The notes beneath the pieces were generated by a model. The model worked only from the letters and a program-made list of their open reading frames with translations, had not been told where the DNA came from and searched no databases. This document shows, piece by piece, positions 1 to 9,023 of a stretch of DNA of 64,000 nt. Numbering within the stretch: the stretch's first letter is position 1; each line of letters begins with the position of its first letter. The DNA is from a virus, in the IMG/VR virus record IMGVR_UViG_3300034375_013346, positions 32,001-96,000 of that record. One strand, 5' to 3'. A program made the position numbers and the translations under genes.

Positions 1-767
1 TTATATAATGTCAGTTCCCTCCCGGACTTTCCCCAATATTTCTGGAAGAATTCTTCCTCGTCTCTATATAGGACGGAATCTTCACCTCCCGAGCATGCTA
101 CAGCCTCTATTATTTCCTCAAAGAACATGTTTCGAAACGTACCAAACCATGAAATACTATCTTTTTCCCACCGTGATGAAAACATCTCATTTTGCTGGAA
201 TATCTCAGTTCGGTATATCGAAAACCCCCCACTTATAAATCCCTCATTTTTTCTCATAAGTAGGAGAGAATCCTTACCCTCTGAAACCATATCTTCTATC
301 TGATCCTTGATTATATCTCCAAAATCCACCAGGGGCTGGGAATAATCATATTCGAGGTATATTGTCCATTCGTAGTTATTACGAGAAGCCAAATTAATTC
401 CATTTTTTATTAAGCTTAAAGCAGATCTTTGGTGTGGTGCGTGTCTGGCCATGAATGAACTAAACAGACCTAGATTAGGAACGGAATACCAGTTAGACCA
501 CCTCTGAGAAATCCCTTCAGGTTTGAATAAGGGACAGCAATTTATAAGCTCGTAATCGTTAACAAAGGTGTTATTCGAATCAAAAATAAGATAATCACAG
601 GCCTCGGCAATTTTGTCCAGCCCATAATTGCAATGTGTAACGAAACAGACGTTAATTCCGCTTCTCTTTAGCGACAGTAGCATATCCATAGTATGTGATA
701 GTTTTTCCATGCTATCCTGGTGAGCTCCCACTATAACTAAGGAATCGTCGATATACTTATTTTCCAT
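1..767 (-). CDS. Putative glycosyltransferase-like protein, runs off the left window edge (absent from ORF track)
   Basis: Manual translation from ATG at 767: MENKYIDDSLVIVGAHQDSMEKLSHT...VCFVTHC...YLIFDSNN...IYLEYD, open to position 1; overlaps the GNAT stop by 11 nt; EYD resembles a GT-A DxD-like motif. Confidence 0.55.
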   Translation of the reverse strand, partial: MENKYIDDSLVIVGAHQDSMEKLSHTMDMLLSLKRSGINVCFVTHCNYGLDKIAEACDYLIFDSNNTFVNDYELINCCPLFKPEGISQRWSNWYSVPNLGLFSSFMARHAPHQRSALSLIKNGINLASRNNYEWTIYLEYDYSQPLVDFGDIIKDQIEDMVSEGKDSLLLMRKNEGFISGGFSIYRTEIFQQNEMFSSRWEKDSISWFGTFRNMFFEEIIEAVACSGGEDSVLYRDEEEFFQKYWGKSGRELTLY

Positions 768-1332
768 CCTTGGGTACATAAGAAATGTTACATAGACCTG
801 ACATATCAACCACCCGGCTAAGACTAACCCAATCTTCCCTCAGGATTCCCAGGAATATGCTATCCAGGTATTGCCCGCATTTATGGATACATCTCCTTTT
901 GATTCCCTCCTTTACAAAACCAACCCAAAGGGCACTCTTTAGACTAGCTATATTATTCTCTAAGACCTCAGTATCAATCCTATTCATATTTAAAACCTCG
1001 AAGCCAAAGTCTATCCCAGCTTCTAGTACAGGTTTGGAATAACCTTGTCCCCTATGATCCGATATCACATCATGGGCAGAATCATACCTTCTATTAACCC
1101 AATCTATATTTTGTATCTTATATAAACCAACCATATCTCCGGACTGGTTCAGAGCTTTAAGAATTAGTGATTTGGAGCTATCTAGAGATGAAAACCACCT
1201 TTCCTGGTCCATCGAATTAACAAAGGATATATTGTGGGTTCCAAACCATGACTCATTCTTGAGATCCTTAAGAATCGGAAGATCCTCACTCTCTATTTTT
1301 AATAGAGTTATCCCATTCTTGTGTTTATACAT
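757..1332 (-). CDS. GNAT N-acetyltransferase (RimJ/RimL, PseH-like)
   Basis: HRGQGYS acetyl-CoA motif, EVLENNIAS...GFVKEG; directly downstream of a sugar aminotransferase; ATG at 1332 preferred. Confidence 0.85.
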   Translation of the reverse strand: MYKHKNGITLLKIESEDLPILKDLKNESWFGTHNISFVNSMDQERWFSSLDSSKSLILKALNQSGDMVGLYKIQNIDWVNRRYDSAHDVISDHRGQGYSKPVLEAGIDFGFEVLNMNRIDTEVLENNIASLKSALWVGFVKEGIKRRCIHKCGQYLDSIFLGILREDWVSLSRVVDMSGLCNISYVPKDGK

Positions 1333-1352
1333 AGTAATTAAAGAAATTATCT

Positions 1353-2540
1353 CTACCATCCCTTCTTAATGCAATCCGCAATATACTCTCTTTGTTCATT
1401 AGTCACCCACCAACCTACTGGGATTGAAACAACATTACCTATAGTCTTATCCAGGGTTGGTAGAAAAGATCTATATTCTGCAACGCAGGTATGCTTATCG
1501 TTTCTCTCATGGACTTGAGATACCGAAATTCCACATTCATCCATCCATCTATAGAACCCATCCCTATTATCCACGAGCATTGAATAGATCCAGAAGGAGG
1601 AATCAAAACCTTCATCCCTCCTTAGGAGATTCACACCGTCTGCATCAGAAAGCTCCGAGTCGTAGAAAGAAGCATTCGATCTATGAGAATTAACTATATC
1701 ATCCGCATGTTTTAGATTTTCTATGCCCACGGTTGCACAGACGTCGTTCATGTGAAATTTATATCCCCATTCCTCTATATTCGCCTCACATCTAAAATCC
1801 TTGCGATCTCCGTCCCTATCTATTCCATACCACCTGATTAGTCTACCTCTGTTGTGCAATTCTTTATGTGGAGAGATAAGTAATCCCCCGTCAACTGAGG
1901 TTACATGCTTTATAGCCTGAAGGGAGAACATAGTTAGATTTCCGTGGGATCCTATTAATTTTCCTTTATACCTCGACCCAAATGAATGAGCCCCGTCCTC
2001 AATAACCGCTGGTTTGAAACCCAGTTTAAGGTAAGATTTTTCCTGTATACTTCTGATCTTATCGAGGTCATTCGGATATCCTCCCCAATGGACCAGCATG
2101 ATAACCTTTGTTTTATGCGTTATCTTCCTTGCAAGATCGTCTAGATCCATGTTGAGTGTTTCAGGATCTATGTCTACCCATTTTATTTTCAGCCCATTTG
2201 CTAAGATAGGCCAGTTTGAAGCGGTACACGTCAGAGGGGTTGCTAAAACCTCATCACCTGGCTGAAGCCCAGGCCATATAGAATCCGCAGCAATTGCCCC
2301 GTGATATATCTGTGTAATCTTGGTTGGTTTTTTCAATAGGTGAAGAGCTAGGTGTAAAGCTGAGGTTCCCGAGTTTACTGTCGAGATATAGTCTTGATTA
2401 AAGTACTTTCTCAGATCAGACTCAAATTGATCGACTTTTGCACCCTGTCCTATGTAGCCACTATTTAAAACCTCAGCAACCTTATCTCCAGCTTGGGGTG
2501 ACATGAAAACTTTAAAAAGAGGAATATTTTCTTTGCTCAT
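1353..2540 (-). CDS. DegT/DnrJ/EryC1/StrS PLP-dependent sugar aminotransferase
   Basis: NSGTSALHLA, IEDGAHSFG, FSLQAIKHVTSVDGG (PLP lysine), GYKFHM. Confidence 0.92.
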   Translation of the reverse strand: MSKENIPLFKVFMSPQAGDKVAEVLNSGYIGQGAKVDQFESDLRKYFNQDYISTVNSGTSALHLALHLLKKPTKITQIYHGAIAADSIWPGLQPGDEVLATPLTCTASNWPILANGLKIKWVDIDPETLNMDLDDLARKITHKTKVIMLVHWGGYPNDLDKIRSIQEKSYLKLGFKPAVIEDGAHSFGSRYKGKLIGSHGNLTMFSLQAIKHVTSVDGGLLISPHKELHNRGRLIRWYGIDRDGDRKDFRCEANIEEWGYKFHMNDVCATVGIENLKHADDIVNSHRSNASFYDSELSDADGVNLLRRDEGFDSSFWIYSMLVDNRDGFYRWMDECGISVSQVHERNDKHTCVAEYRSFLPTLDKTIGNVVSIPVGWWVTNEQREYIADCIKKGW

Positions 2541-2559
2541 TACCTGATATATTTTTAAT

Positions 2560-2587
2560 CTATATAAAAGATGGGAACTAAAGTTTC
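2560..2587 (-). promoter_or_regulatory. Putative GAAAC...TATA promoter (class B)
   Basis: GAAACTTTAGTTCCCATCTTTTATATAG upstream of DegT; same pattern recurs before several non-structural genes. Confidence 0.4.
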
Positions 2588-2599
2588 GTATGTTAACAC

Positions 2600-2626
2600 A
2601 AAAAACCCCGGCCCGATGGGCCAGGG
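2600..2626 (-). terminator. Rho-independent terminator
   Basis: CCCTGGCCC-ATC-GGGCCGGGG followed by T6 on the minus strand. Confidence 0.85.
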
Positions 2627-2642
2627 ATTAATGATAAAAAAC

Positions 2643-2759
2643 GGGATCGTGGTTCGTGTTTTACTTCCCGTCGGAAGAGGGGTTATCTTTTTTTATTGAT
2701 GGTATTATCCCAAAATTCCATCTCTCTGTTTTAACGGTAAAGTTTGCTGAACCGATCCC
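2643..2759 (-). ncRNA. Candidate structured RNA 2 (Y RNA-like end-paired architecture)
   Basis: 5' GGGATCG-GTTC pairs with 3' GAAC-CA-CGATCCC; CAGCAAACTTT at the 5' stem junction; internal hairpins GATGG/CCATC and CTTCC-GACG-GGAAG; lies before a terminator, downstream of a TROVE-like gene. Confidence 0.55.
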
Positions 2760-2764
2760 TTTAC

Positions 2765-2826
2765 CAGGCTTCATTTTTTTCAGTAATCATAATCGTAGTT
2801 GAAAAAAGTTTGCTGTAAGAAGCCTA
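2765..2826 (-). ncRNA. Candidate structured RNA 1 (Y RNA-like end-paired architecture)
   Basis: 5' AGGCTTC pairs with 3' GAAGCCT; then TTACAGCAAAC internal loop and a second stem TTTTTTCA/TGAAAAAA; shares CAGCAAACTTT with element 2. Confidence 0.55.
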
Positions 2827-2837
2827 TTTTTTATACG

Positions 2838-3101
2838 TCAAAGTACTCTTTTGTTCCTTAATTCTTCTCGTAATGAATCAACCATTTGAACAGTCATGAA
2901 ATCCTTATTTTGCCAAATGTCCAATATTAGCTTGGCTATTTCCTCTTCCCTATAGGAGGTGGTAATAAAAGCTTTCTCTCCCGAGGTGTACCCTTCTCTG
3001 ATGGATATCAGAGAGATCTCTTCTCTTTCTCTGTCGCTGCATTCTGACCAAAATTCCTCAGGATCAAAATCTACTTCTCTTTCTATTATAAAGCTAGGCA
3101 T
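2838..3101 (-). CDS. Hypothetical acidic protein
   Basis: 87 aa ORF starting 2 nt after the TROVE-like stop. Confidence 0.7.
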   Translation of the reverse strand: MPSFIIEREVDFDPEEFWSECSDREREEISLISIREGYTSGEKAFITTSYREEEIAKLILDIWQNKDFMTVQMVDSLREELRNKRVL

Positions 3102-3102
3102 A

Positions 3103-4551
3103 TTATATCTTAATTTGTTTATATCTCTCAGAATCGATGGTTTGATCCATAATTTTTTCTGGTGTCATCCCATCACAATTGAGGATACTCCTCATGATTG
3201 CTGGGGAAAATCCAGAAACCAAAGCTGTACCAGCCTCGTCAAAGCTAACTGGTATGTTTTTTCCACTGGCATTAAGGTTCCAATACACTATGGATGGAGC
3301 CTCATATCCTGCTTCTTCATAGGATTTTTTAATCATCTCCTGTGCAGTAGGGTTCCAAATATTCTTTCCCTGCTCTCCCCAACCGAATACCTCTTCCCTT
3401 TTGTATACAGCTTGATCAAACTCCATGTCGGATAAAATTAGAAGTGTTGATGGCATCTCCTCATCAGGAACTGAATTTTTTACCGCCTGGTTGAGTATCA
3501 ATTCAAATACCGCCTGGAGATCGGTGTTCATTCCCCAATCCGAGCGGCTCAATTGTCTAAATCTATCATTGAGGTCTCCGCTTAAAACCTGGAGATCAGG
3601 ATTAGCAGAAAAAGTTATGAAAGAGTCCTTAAAACTTCCTTCATTCCTCTCGGAGATATAAAGACCCAAAGAAATTGCCACGTCCATGCAGGTAAGATTC
3701 TTATTATTACCAGCGCTACATTGCATAGATCCAGAGACGTCTACCACGGGCAGAATCATTCCGTTTGCACCCTCCATATAATTAGGCAAGGATTTCCACT
3801 GCTGATTAGCAACTTCGGAATCTCCAAATCCCAGAGATTTAGTTATATCGTAAGGATATACGGCACCTGCGTTTATTTTTGCGGTCCCGTTTTTAAGAGC
3901 CTCCCTATATTTAGCATATTGCTCGGGTGCATTTTTAGTAAATGCTTTCTGATATCTAGCAGAGGCCAAAGAGGGGAGTTTACTAAAGTCAATGGAATCC
4001 CAATCGCCCGAGCACATCTTACTTTCAACTACGTCCGTAAGAGAAACCAACAGCTTTCTGTATTCCTTGGGAGAGAGCTTCATAAAATTTCTAAGCTTCG
4101 CAGCTACTTTACCCTTTCGTGGCATCCATTTAGCACAAAGCCCGTCCTTGTTATCCAATGCTTCGGTGATTAGACTGAAAGCATCTTTTTCAACTCTGGT
4201 CCCCTCGAAAACTAGCACATCGTCCCACCTTCCGTAGAAAGGTATAAGTGAAAGATTACTCTTAACGATTAGATCTTGGTGTTCAGCAAGGTATATGATA
4301 ATATCCCTGAATATCTGTCTCTCTCCTGCTCCACCTCTCACATCCCTCGCCCAGAAAAGGATCTTCATTGCCCTTTCCGGATCCTCGTTGTATGCAAGGG
4401 AAAACTTCTGGATTAAGACTTCTTTCTCCGACCCCCTCATAGCTCCGATGTTAAAAAATAGATCAACACAGAAGCTAAGGGATGAAGAGTTAGTTGCCAT
4501 ACCGTTTTCGGTAATCGAATCTTTCGTTCTCAAGGCGTTTACTAGTTTCAT
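3103..4551 (-). CDS. DUF2828 / TROVE (Ro60)-like protein with C-terminal vWA domain
   Basis: TENG...DLFF, ARDVRGGAGER, YGRWDD, LCAKWMPR; vWA MIDAS DVSGSM, T in WGMNTD, ILSDMEFD, YWNL, SGFS; ATG at 4551 preferred. Confidence 0.85.
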   Translation of the reverse strand: MKLVNALRTKDSITENGMATNSSSLSFCVDLFFNIGAMRGSEKEVLIQKFSLAYNEDPERAMKILFWARDVRGGAGERQIFRDIIIYLAEHQDLIVKSNLSLIPFYGRWDDVLVFEGTRVEKDAFSLITEALDNKDGLCAKWMPRKGKVAAKLRNFMKLSPKEYRKLLVSLTDVVESKMCSGDWDSIDFSKLPSLASARYQKAFTKNAPEQYAKYREALKNGTAKINAGAVYPYDITKSLGFGDSEVANQQWKSLPNYMEGANGMILPVVDVSGSMQCSAGNNKNLTCMDVAISLGLYISERNEGSFKDSFITFSANPDLQVLSGDLNDRFRQLSRSDWGMNTDLQAVFELILNQAVKNSVPDEEMPSTLLILSDMEFDQAVYKREEVFGWGEQGKNIWNPTAQEMIKKSYEEAGYEAPSIVYWNLNASGKNIPVSFDEAGTALVSGFSPAIMRSILNCDGMTPEKIMDQTIDSERYKQIKI

Positions 4552-4573
4552 AGCTTCCGTTTTAATCAATTCC

Positions 4574-4600
4574 TTATATGGAAAAAATATCTTTTGTTTC
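4574..4600 (-). promoter_or_regulatory. Putative GAAAC-N17-TATAA promoter (class B)
   Basis: Exact GAAAC-17 nt-TATAA upstream of the TROVE-like gene. Confidence 0.45.
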
Positions 4601-4658
4601 TTTTTTAATTGGGAGCAAATTTAGTTATCCAAATCGTACTAAAAAAATTTTATTCCAT

Positions 4659-5330
4659 TTATTTTCTAGTTGAGATGACCTCATCTATAATTCCATATTC
4701 TACCGCCTCCTGTGAATCTAGCCAAAAATCACGAGTCGCATCATTCTTTACTTGTTCCGGATCTTTATCGCAATATGAGCCCAGAAGATCAAATAGGATC
4801 TTATTATACTTATCCCATTCAACGAAATCGATTTTAGCGTCTTGTATATTACCACTAAAACCCCCGGAAGATTGATGAAGCATTACCTTCGAGAATCTGA
4901 GAGAATATCTTTTCCCCTTGGTCCCAGCTCCAAGCAGCACAGATCCCATGGAAGCTGCCATACCGGTATTAACCGTGATTATGTCGGATTTAATATAATC
5001 CATAACGTCCACCATCGAAAGGCCAGACTTTACAGATCCCCCTGGTGAATCTATATGCATAGTTATGTCCTTCTTGTCAACCGAATCTAGGAACATTAAC
5101 TGAGCCTGAACGATAGTCGACATTTTATCGTTGACCACCCCGGAGACCCAAAGGAGTCTATCCATCATCAGTCGGGAAAATATATCCATCTGGGTAGCTC
5201 TCAATTCCCTTTCCTCCAATATATATGGGGTAAGAGAGGATTCGACCATATTTTCGTAATACATCATATTCAATGAGCTGATTCCATGTTCGCTCATTGC
5301 ATATTTACCGAATTCATCTTTTATGTTCAT
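4659..5330 (-). CDS. clpP: ATP-dependent Clp protease proteolytic subunit
   Basis: MDIFSRL, IDSPGGSV, GMAASMG (catalytic Ser), MLHQ, RDFWL. Confidence 0.95.
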   Translation of the reverse strand: MNIKDEFGKYAMSEHGISSLNMMYYENMVESSLTPYILEERELRATQMDIFSRLMMDRLLWVSGVVNDKMSTIVQAQLMFLDSVDKKDITMHIDSPGGSVKSGLSMVDVMDYIKSDIITVNTGMAASMGSVLLGAGTKGKRYSLRFSKVMLHQSSGGFSGNIQDAKIDFVEWDKYNKILFDLLGSYCDKDPEQVKNDATRDFWLDSQEAVEYGIIDEVISTRK

Positions 5331-5517
5331 CTATTTTTTGCTGTTTTAATGTTATGCTAAGGGCTTCATTAAGCATTTTCTGTGTCACCTTAATTTCCTC
5401 TACAACGTCAAGTATATTAACTCTCCTATTCTTGGAAATGGTTAGGTCCTCAATGTCTGTAACCACGGAGTTTAGCTTGGACTCCGCGCCTTGGATTAAT
5501 AATTTTAACTGATTCAT
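5314..5517 (-). CDS. Hypothetical coiled-coil protein
   Basis: 67 aa ORF overlapping the clpP start. Confidence 0.6.
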   Translation of the reverse strand: MNQLKLLIQGAESKLNSVVTDIEDLTISKNRRVNILDVVEEIKVTQKMLNEALSITLKQQKIDEHKR

Positions 5518-5586
5518 TTTTTCACTTTTTACGAAATGTATTACAAAAATACCAGAATCAGTCGTTTTAAAAAAATTTTTATGAAA

Positions 5587-5910
5587 TTAAATAAGAGAGG
5601 TATTCACCGATCTATTAGCAACCCCATTAACTCCAGATATACCTGAATATAGAGTAGCGACACTTTTTATAGTGCTATCCCAAGGGGAATAGTTTTCAAA
5701 GAATCTTTTCATTGGGGTTATCGAAGTAACTTTTACGTCATTCATATTTCTGTGTATGCCGCATCTAATTCTACCCTTACCGTGATCGGGATGTTCCAAA
5801 TCAACATAGACAACACCCTTTCCTTCTAATCCCCATCTTACATTAGAGCAGCAAACCTGGGTACCCCCTGATTTTTCGAAGAATTCTTTCAGACTATCAA
5901 CTAAACTCAT
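5587..5910 (-). CDS. Hypothetical protein
   Basis: 107 aa, ATGA overlap with thioredoxin. Confidence 0.65.
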   Translation of the reverse strand: MSLVDSLKEFFEKSGGTQVCCSNVRWGLEGKGVVYVDLEHPDHGKGRIRCGIHRNMNDVKVTSITPMKRFFENYSPWDSTIKSVATLYSGISGVNGVANRSVNTSLI

Positions 5911-6209
5911 GGAAGATTACTATCTATGATTTCCTGAAGCTGATTTTTCTGCTTAATTCCTATCGCCCTTTGTATCTCATCATCTCCCTTGAAGAAAACA
6001 ACCGTTGGTATATTTCTTACATTAAACTGTCCAGCAAGATCTGGTGATTCGTCTACATTTATTTTGATCAGCTTTACCCTTGGGTTATCCTCCTCAACCG
6101 ACTCCAAGATAGGTTTCATCATTTTACATGGACCGCACCATGGGGCCCAAAAATCCACCATAGTTAAATCAGATCCATCCATTTCCTTAATAAGTTCTAA
6201 AGCATTCAT
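5907..6209 (-). CDS. trxA: Thioredoxin
   Basis: DFWAPWCGPC active site, NIPT cis-Pro motif. Confidence 0.95.
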   Translation of the reverse strand: MNALELIKEMDGSDLTMVDFWAPWCGPCKMMKPILESVEEDNPRVKLIKINVDESPDLAGQFNVRNIPTVVFFKGDDEIQRAIGIKQKNQLQEIIDSNLP

Positions 6210-6280
6210 ATCTTTCGCTATTTATTTTCTTAGATTTTTTAGACACAGACTACATGAATATTTCGATCCTCCGATATTAT

Positions 6281-6601
6281 TTATCCCATTATGGTTTGAA
6301 CCATGTCCGGTTGGGTTCGATATATCATCTGCGGATTAGGAGCCATTATAACAGATATACCATCAGATAAGTCCTGTAAACCCGATATGTAGTTTTTCAC
6401 TGCATCCTCCAGGTTGGGTTTGAATGAGAATTGGTTCATAACATCCTTAACTATCTCATCTAAAGAATTTTCAAATTCATCTGGGTCATGGAATTTAAAG
6501 TACTTCTCATATTTCCTCACGAAATTTTTAATCATCTCCTGCTGGGGCAAGGATAAAGAAAGATCTGACATAAAGTCATCGAATTCAAAAAGTCTTTTCA
6601 T
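6281..6601 (-). CDS. Hypothetical protein with CTS-like N-terminus
   Basis: MKRLFEFDDF; GATAAATA at 6624-6631. Confidence 0.7.
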   Translation of the reverse strand: MKRLFEFDDFMSDLSLSLPQQEMIKNFVRKYEKYFKFHDPDEFENSLDEIVKDVMNQFSFKPNLEDAVKNYISGLQDLSDGISVIMAPNPQMIYRTQPDMVQTIMG

Positions 6602-6698
6602 GTTGATAAAGATTATTATACACTATTTATCTTAGGGAGAAACAAAAAACGGAAATATGAATACTAATATATAGATCAACATCTTATAAAAAATCAAA

Positions 6699-7007
6699 AT
6701 GACAGAAGAGGAAAACATTGACGTCCAAATTGAGGATACACTTGAATTCGACGACCAAGAACAGGATTCAACAGAGGATTTTCCGGTAAACCAAGAATTT
6801 CCAGGAGAAACAGACCCGCAAGAAATAGCGGAAGATCCAGAAGGACATAATGGTATATCTGAGATTCCTGACAATGAGGTAGATCGACAAGAGGACGTTG
6901 GACTTCAAAACACCGACCACAATCAACCCGAGATAGAACAACAAAAAACCTCACCTAACCCAACAAGGGTGATGAGGTTTGAAGATTTTATCAGGGATCA
7001 ATCCTAA
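6699..7007 (+). CDS. Acidic disordered protein with C-terminal RFEDF motif
   Basis: D/E/Q-rich 102 aa ending RVMRFEDFIRDQS; AATATATA at 6666-6673. Confidence 0.7.
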   Translation: MTEEENIDVQIEDTLEFDDQEQDSTEDFPVNQEFPGETDPQEIAEDPEGHNGISEIPDNEVDRQEDVGLQNTDHNQPEIEQQKTSPNPTRVMRFEDFIRDQS

Positions 7008-7187
7008 TTAATCACCCGATCCGGATCTACCCAGATCTCTCCTGATCAATCTTCTCACGTAATGTGAAATCGACTCTGGAGGTTGTCCCTGGGTCAATGC
7101 TTTTTTGGATATCTTTTTGCTTAGTTCCTCGAGATCTTCACTAGATAGGAGAACTTGGATCTTTTCAGTTTTTTCTTCGCTAGCCAT
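7008..7187 (-). CDS. Ribbon-helix-helix (CopG/Arc-like) DNA-binding protein (absent from ORF track)
   Basis: MASEEKTEKIQVLLSSEDLEELSKKISKKALTQGQPPESISHYVRRLIRRDLGRSGSGD; alternating beta strand then two helices with S-x-S-x-Y-V-R; GATATATA at 7212-7219. Confidence 0.7.
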   Translation of the reverse strand: MASEEKTEKIQVLLSSEDLEELSKKISKKALTQGQPPESISHYVRRLIRRDLGRSGSGD

Positions 7188-7228
7188 TTTAGATTGGTTT
7201 TTTTATTGATTTATATATCCCCGAGGTT

Positions 7229-8707
7229 TCAATTACTCTGATCAAATTCTATACCTCCGTGCCTTTCCCCTTTTGTCTTAAGTGGGGAGTAATCATCGAT
7301 AGGATCGGATATCACAAAAGCCTTATGTGGATTGACCATAACACCCAATCTCTTCATAAGTTTTCGGTTAATAAGCAAAGGGGTGGATTTGGATACCCTA
7401 TCAGTTGGTGCTATTTTAACACCTGGTATCTTAACACCATTAAAAATTAGATCAACCTCTATTATTGGTCTCTCTACCGTTTCTCTTCCAATTTCTGTGT
7501 TTGTATATCCTACTATTTTATTTTCTAACTCAACATCACCGATCTTCCATTTTAGTTGGTCTCCATCTATATTAAGCTCATCCGCATGTATAGAGCTAGC
7601 GGTGGAACCATTACCAGTATCAAATTTAGCTACAAATTTTCCTATTTGAGGGATTTCCACCGTTTCTAGATATCCCACCTCCATCTTGGTGTAAGACCAA
7701 TTGTTCTTGTTGGATATAAAATCGATCACATCACCCACAATAGGTTTTCCTATAGCCTCTGATATACCCTCTGTTCCCGGGGAGGAATTAACCTCCAGAA
7801 CATAGGGATTCCCGGTTTTTGAATCTATCATAATATCAACACCACACCAATGACAAGCTACAGCATTAGCAGATTCGCAAGCTATCTTTTCGATCTCCTC
7901 TGTGATTTCATACGAGGAAACGCTTCCTCCTAGTGAATAGTTAGTTCTGAAATCCTTCTCAACTGCCTCTCTTTTCATAGCACCCAGAATTTCAAAATTA
8001 TCCTTGCCAGGATTAAGAGGGTCAAACTTCTTAGTAATGACTTGAACCCTAATATCGAAGTTGGAATCTATTTTTTCCTGGAGTAGGATCTCACCATCCG
8101 GATCGAGCTTCCTTATTGTCTGATATACAGATTTAAGAGAAGCATAGGAATCAACTACGGATACTCCGATTCCCTGAGTACCCGCTAACAGCTTCATTAC
8201 TATCGGAAATTCCCCACCAACTTCTTCGAGCGATCTATCAAGTGTATCTTCTCCACTTACTAAAGAATACCTAGGAACGGGAATTCCTGAATCGTCAAGT
8301 ACCTGTGAAGTTGTGTATTTGCTTTCGCAGATCTCTATAGACTCGAGGGAGTTCAGACAAAAGTATCTGGAGTCTTCCAGATCCGACATGATCCTCTTAG
8401 TATGCGAGTTGGTTATGACTCCTCTTCTCGGAACTATGGCTGTAGTTTCCGGGCGTATTAGTATCTCTATGGTTTCATCCCCTTTTTCTTCTCTAAGTAA
8501 ATGTCCGTTATAAACCTTCTCGAGTACGCAGTTATTGACATTGACTGCCTTACATTCTATTCCTCTGTTCGAACACTCACTAATGAAAGATTCAGCTGTT
8601 TTACTGGGCGAGGATTGACCACTTAAAATTATTATATCTATTGACCCTCTATCCTCTGCTTCGTTTAAGAAAGAGCTATAATTAAGAGCTGGGGATATTT
8701 TTCCCAT
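7229..8707 (-). CDS. RimK-family ATP-grasp ligase fused to C-terminal RimK-associated aspartyl-type protease
   Basis: K in IVMKLLAGTQGIGV, QEKI, DIRV, FRTNYSLGG, GVD, EVNSSPG; protease KFDTGN...ERP...LINR; N-terminal LNYSSFLNE. Confidence 0.88.
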   Translation of the reverse strand: MGKISPALNYSSFLNEAEDRGSIDIIILSGQSSPSKTAESFISECSNRGIECKAVNVNNCVLEKVYNGHLLREEKGDETIEILIRPETTAIVPRRGVITNSHTKRIMSDLEDSRYFCLNSLESIEICESKYTTSQVLDDSGIPVPRYSLVSGEDTLDRSLEEVGGEFPIVMKLLAGTQGIGVSVVDSYASLKSVYQTIRKLDPDGEILLQEKIDSNFDIRVQVITKKFDPLNPGKDNFEILGAMKREAVEKDFRTNYSLGGSVSSYEITEEIEKIACESANAVACHWCGVDIMIDSKTGNPYVLEVNSSPGTEGISEAIGKPIVGDVIDFISNKNNWSYTKMEVGYLETVEIPQIGKFVAKFDTGNGSTASSIHADELNIDGDQLKWKIGDVELENKIVGYTNTEIGRETVERPIIEVDLIFNGVKIPGVKIAPTDRVSKSTPLLINRKLMKRLGVMVNPHKAFVISDPIDDYSPLKTKGERHGGIEFDQSN

Positions 8708-8744
8708 CGGTTGTTTCTTTTCTTGTATATATCCACGTTTACAT

Positions 8745-9023
8745 CTAGTAGTTCCTTTCCCTGTTATAAACTTCAGATATTATGTAATCTACTTCCAGTG
8801 CTGCCTTTATATACATAAGCTTCTCGCACTTGTCATATCGGTCCTCCAATAGGAAGAAGTCCAACATCTCTTGTACCCTGCTGAGCTTGTATTTAGGGCT
8901 AAAATAGTCATCCCTCATGAACTCGAAGGTATTCTGGCTTATTACATCAAAGTTTAAATACATCGAATCCCGGTATTCTTCAAAACCAGCATCAATTTCG
9001 TCATCTTCAAAAACTTCTCTCAT
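8745..9023 (-). CDS. Hypothetical protein with UVR-like motif
   Basis: LEDRYDKCEKL helix motif. Confidence 0.6.
   Translation of the reverse strand: MREVFEDDEIDAGFEEYRDSMYLNFDVISQNTFEFMRDDYFSPKYKLSRVQEMLDFFLLEDRYDKCEKLMYIKAALEVDYIISEVYNRERNY

Noticed and set aside
2643-2826. tRNA genes or a mini CRISPR array
   Set aside because: No cloverleaf with a proper T arm and CCA; only two copies of an 11 nt motif with unequal spacing; no cas genes
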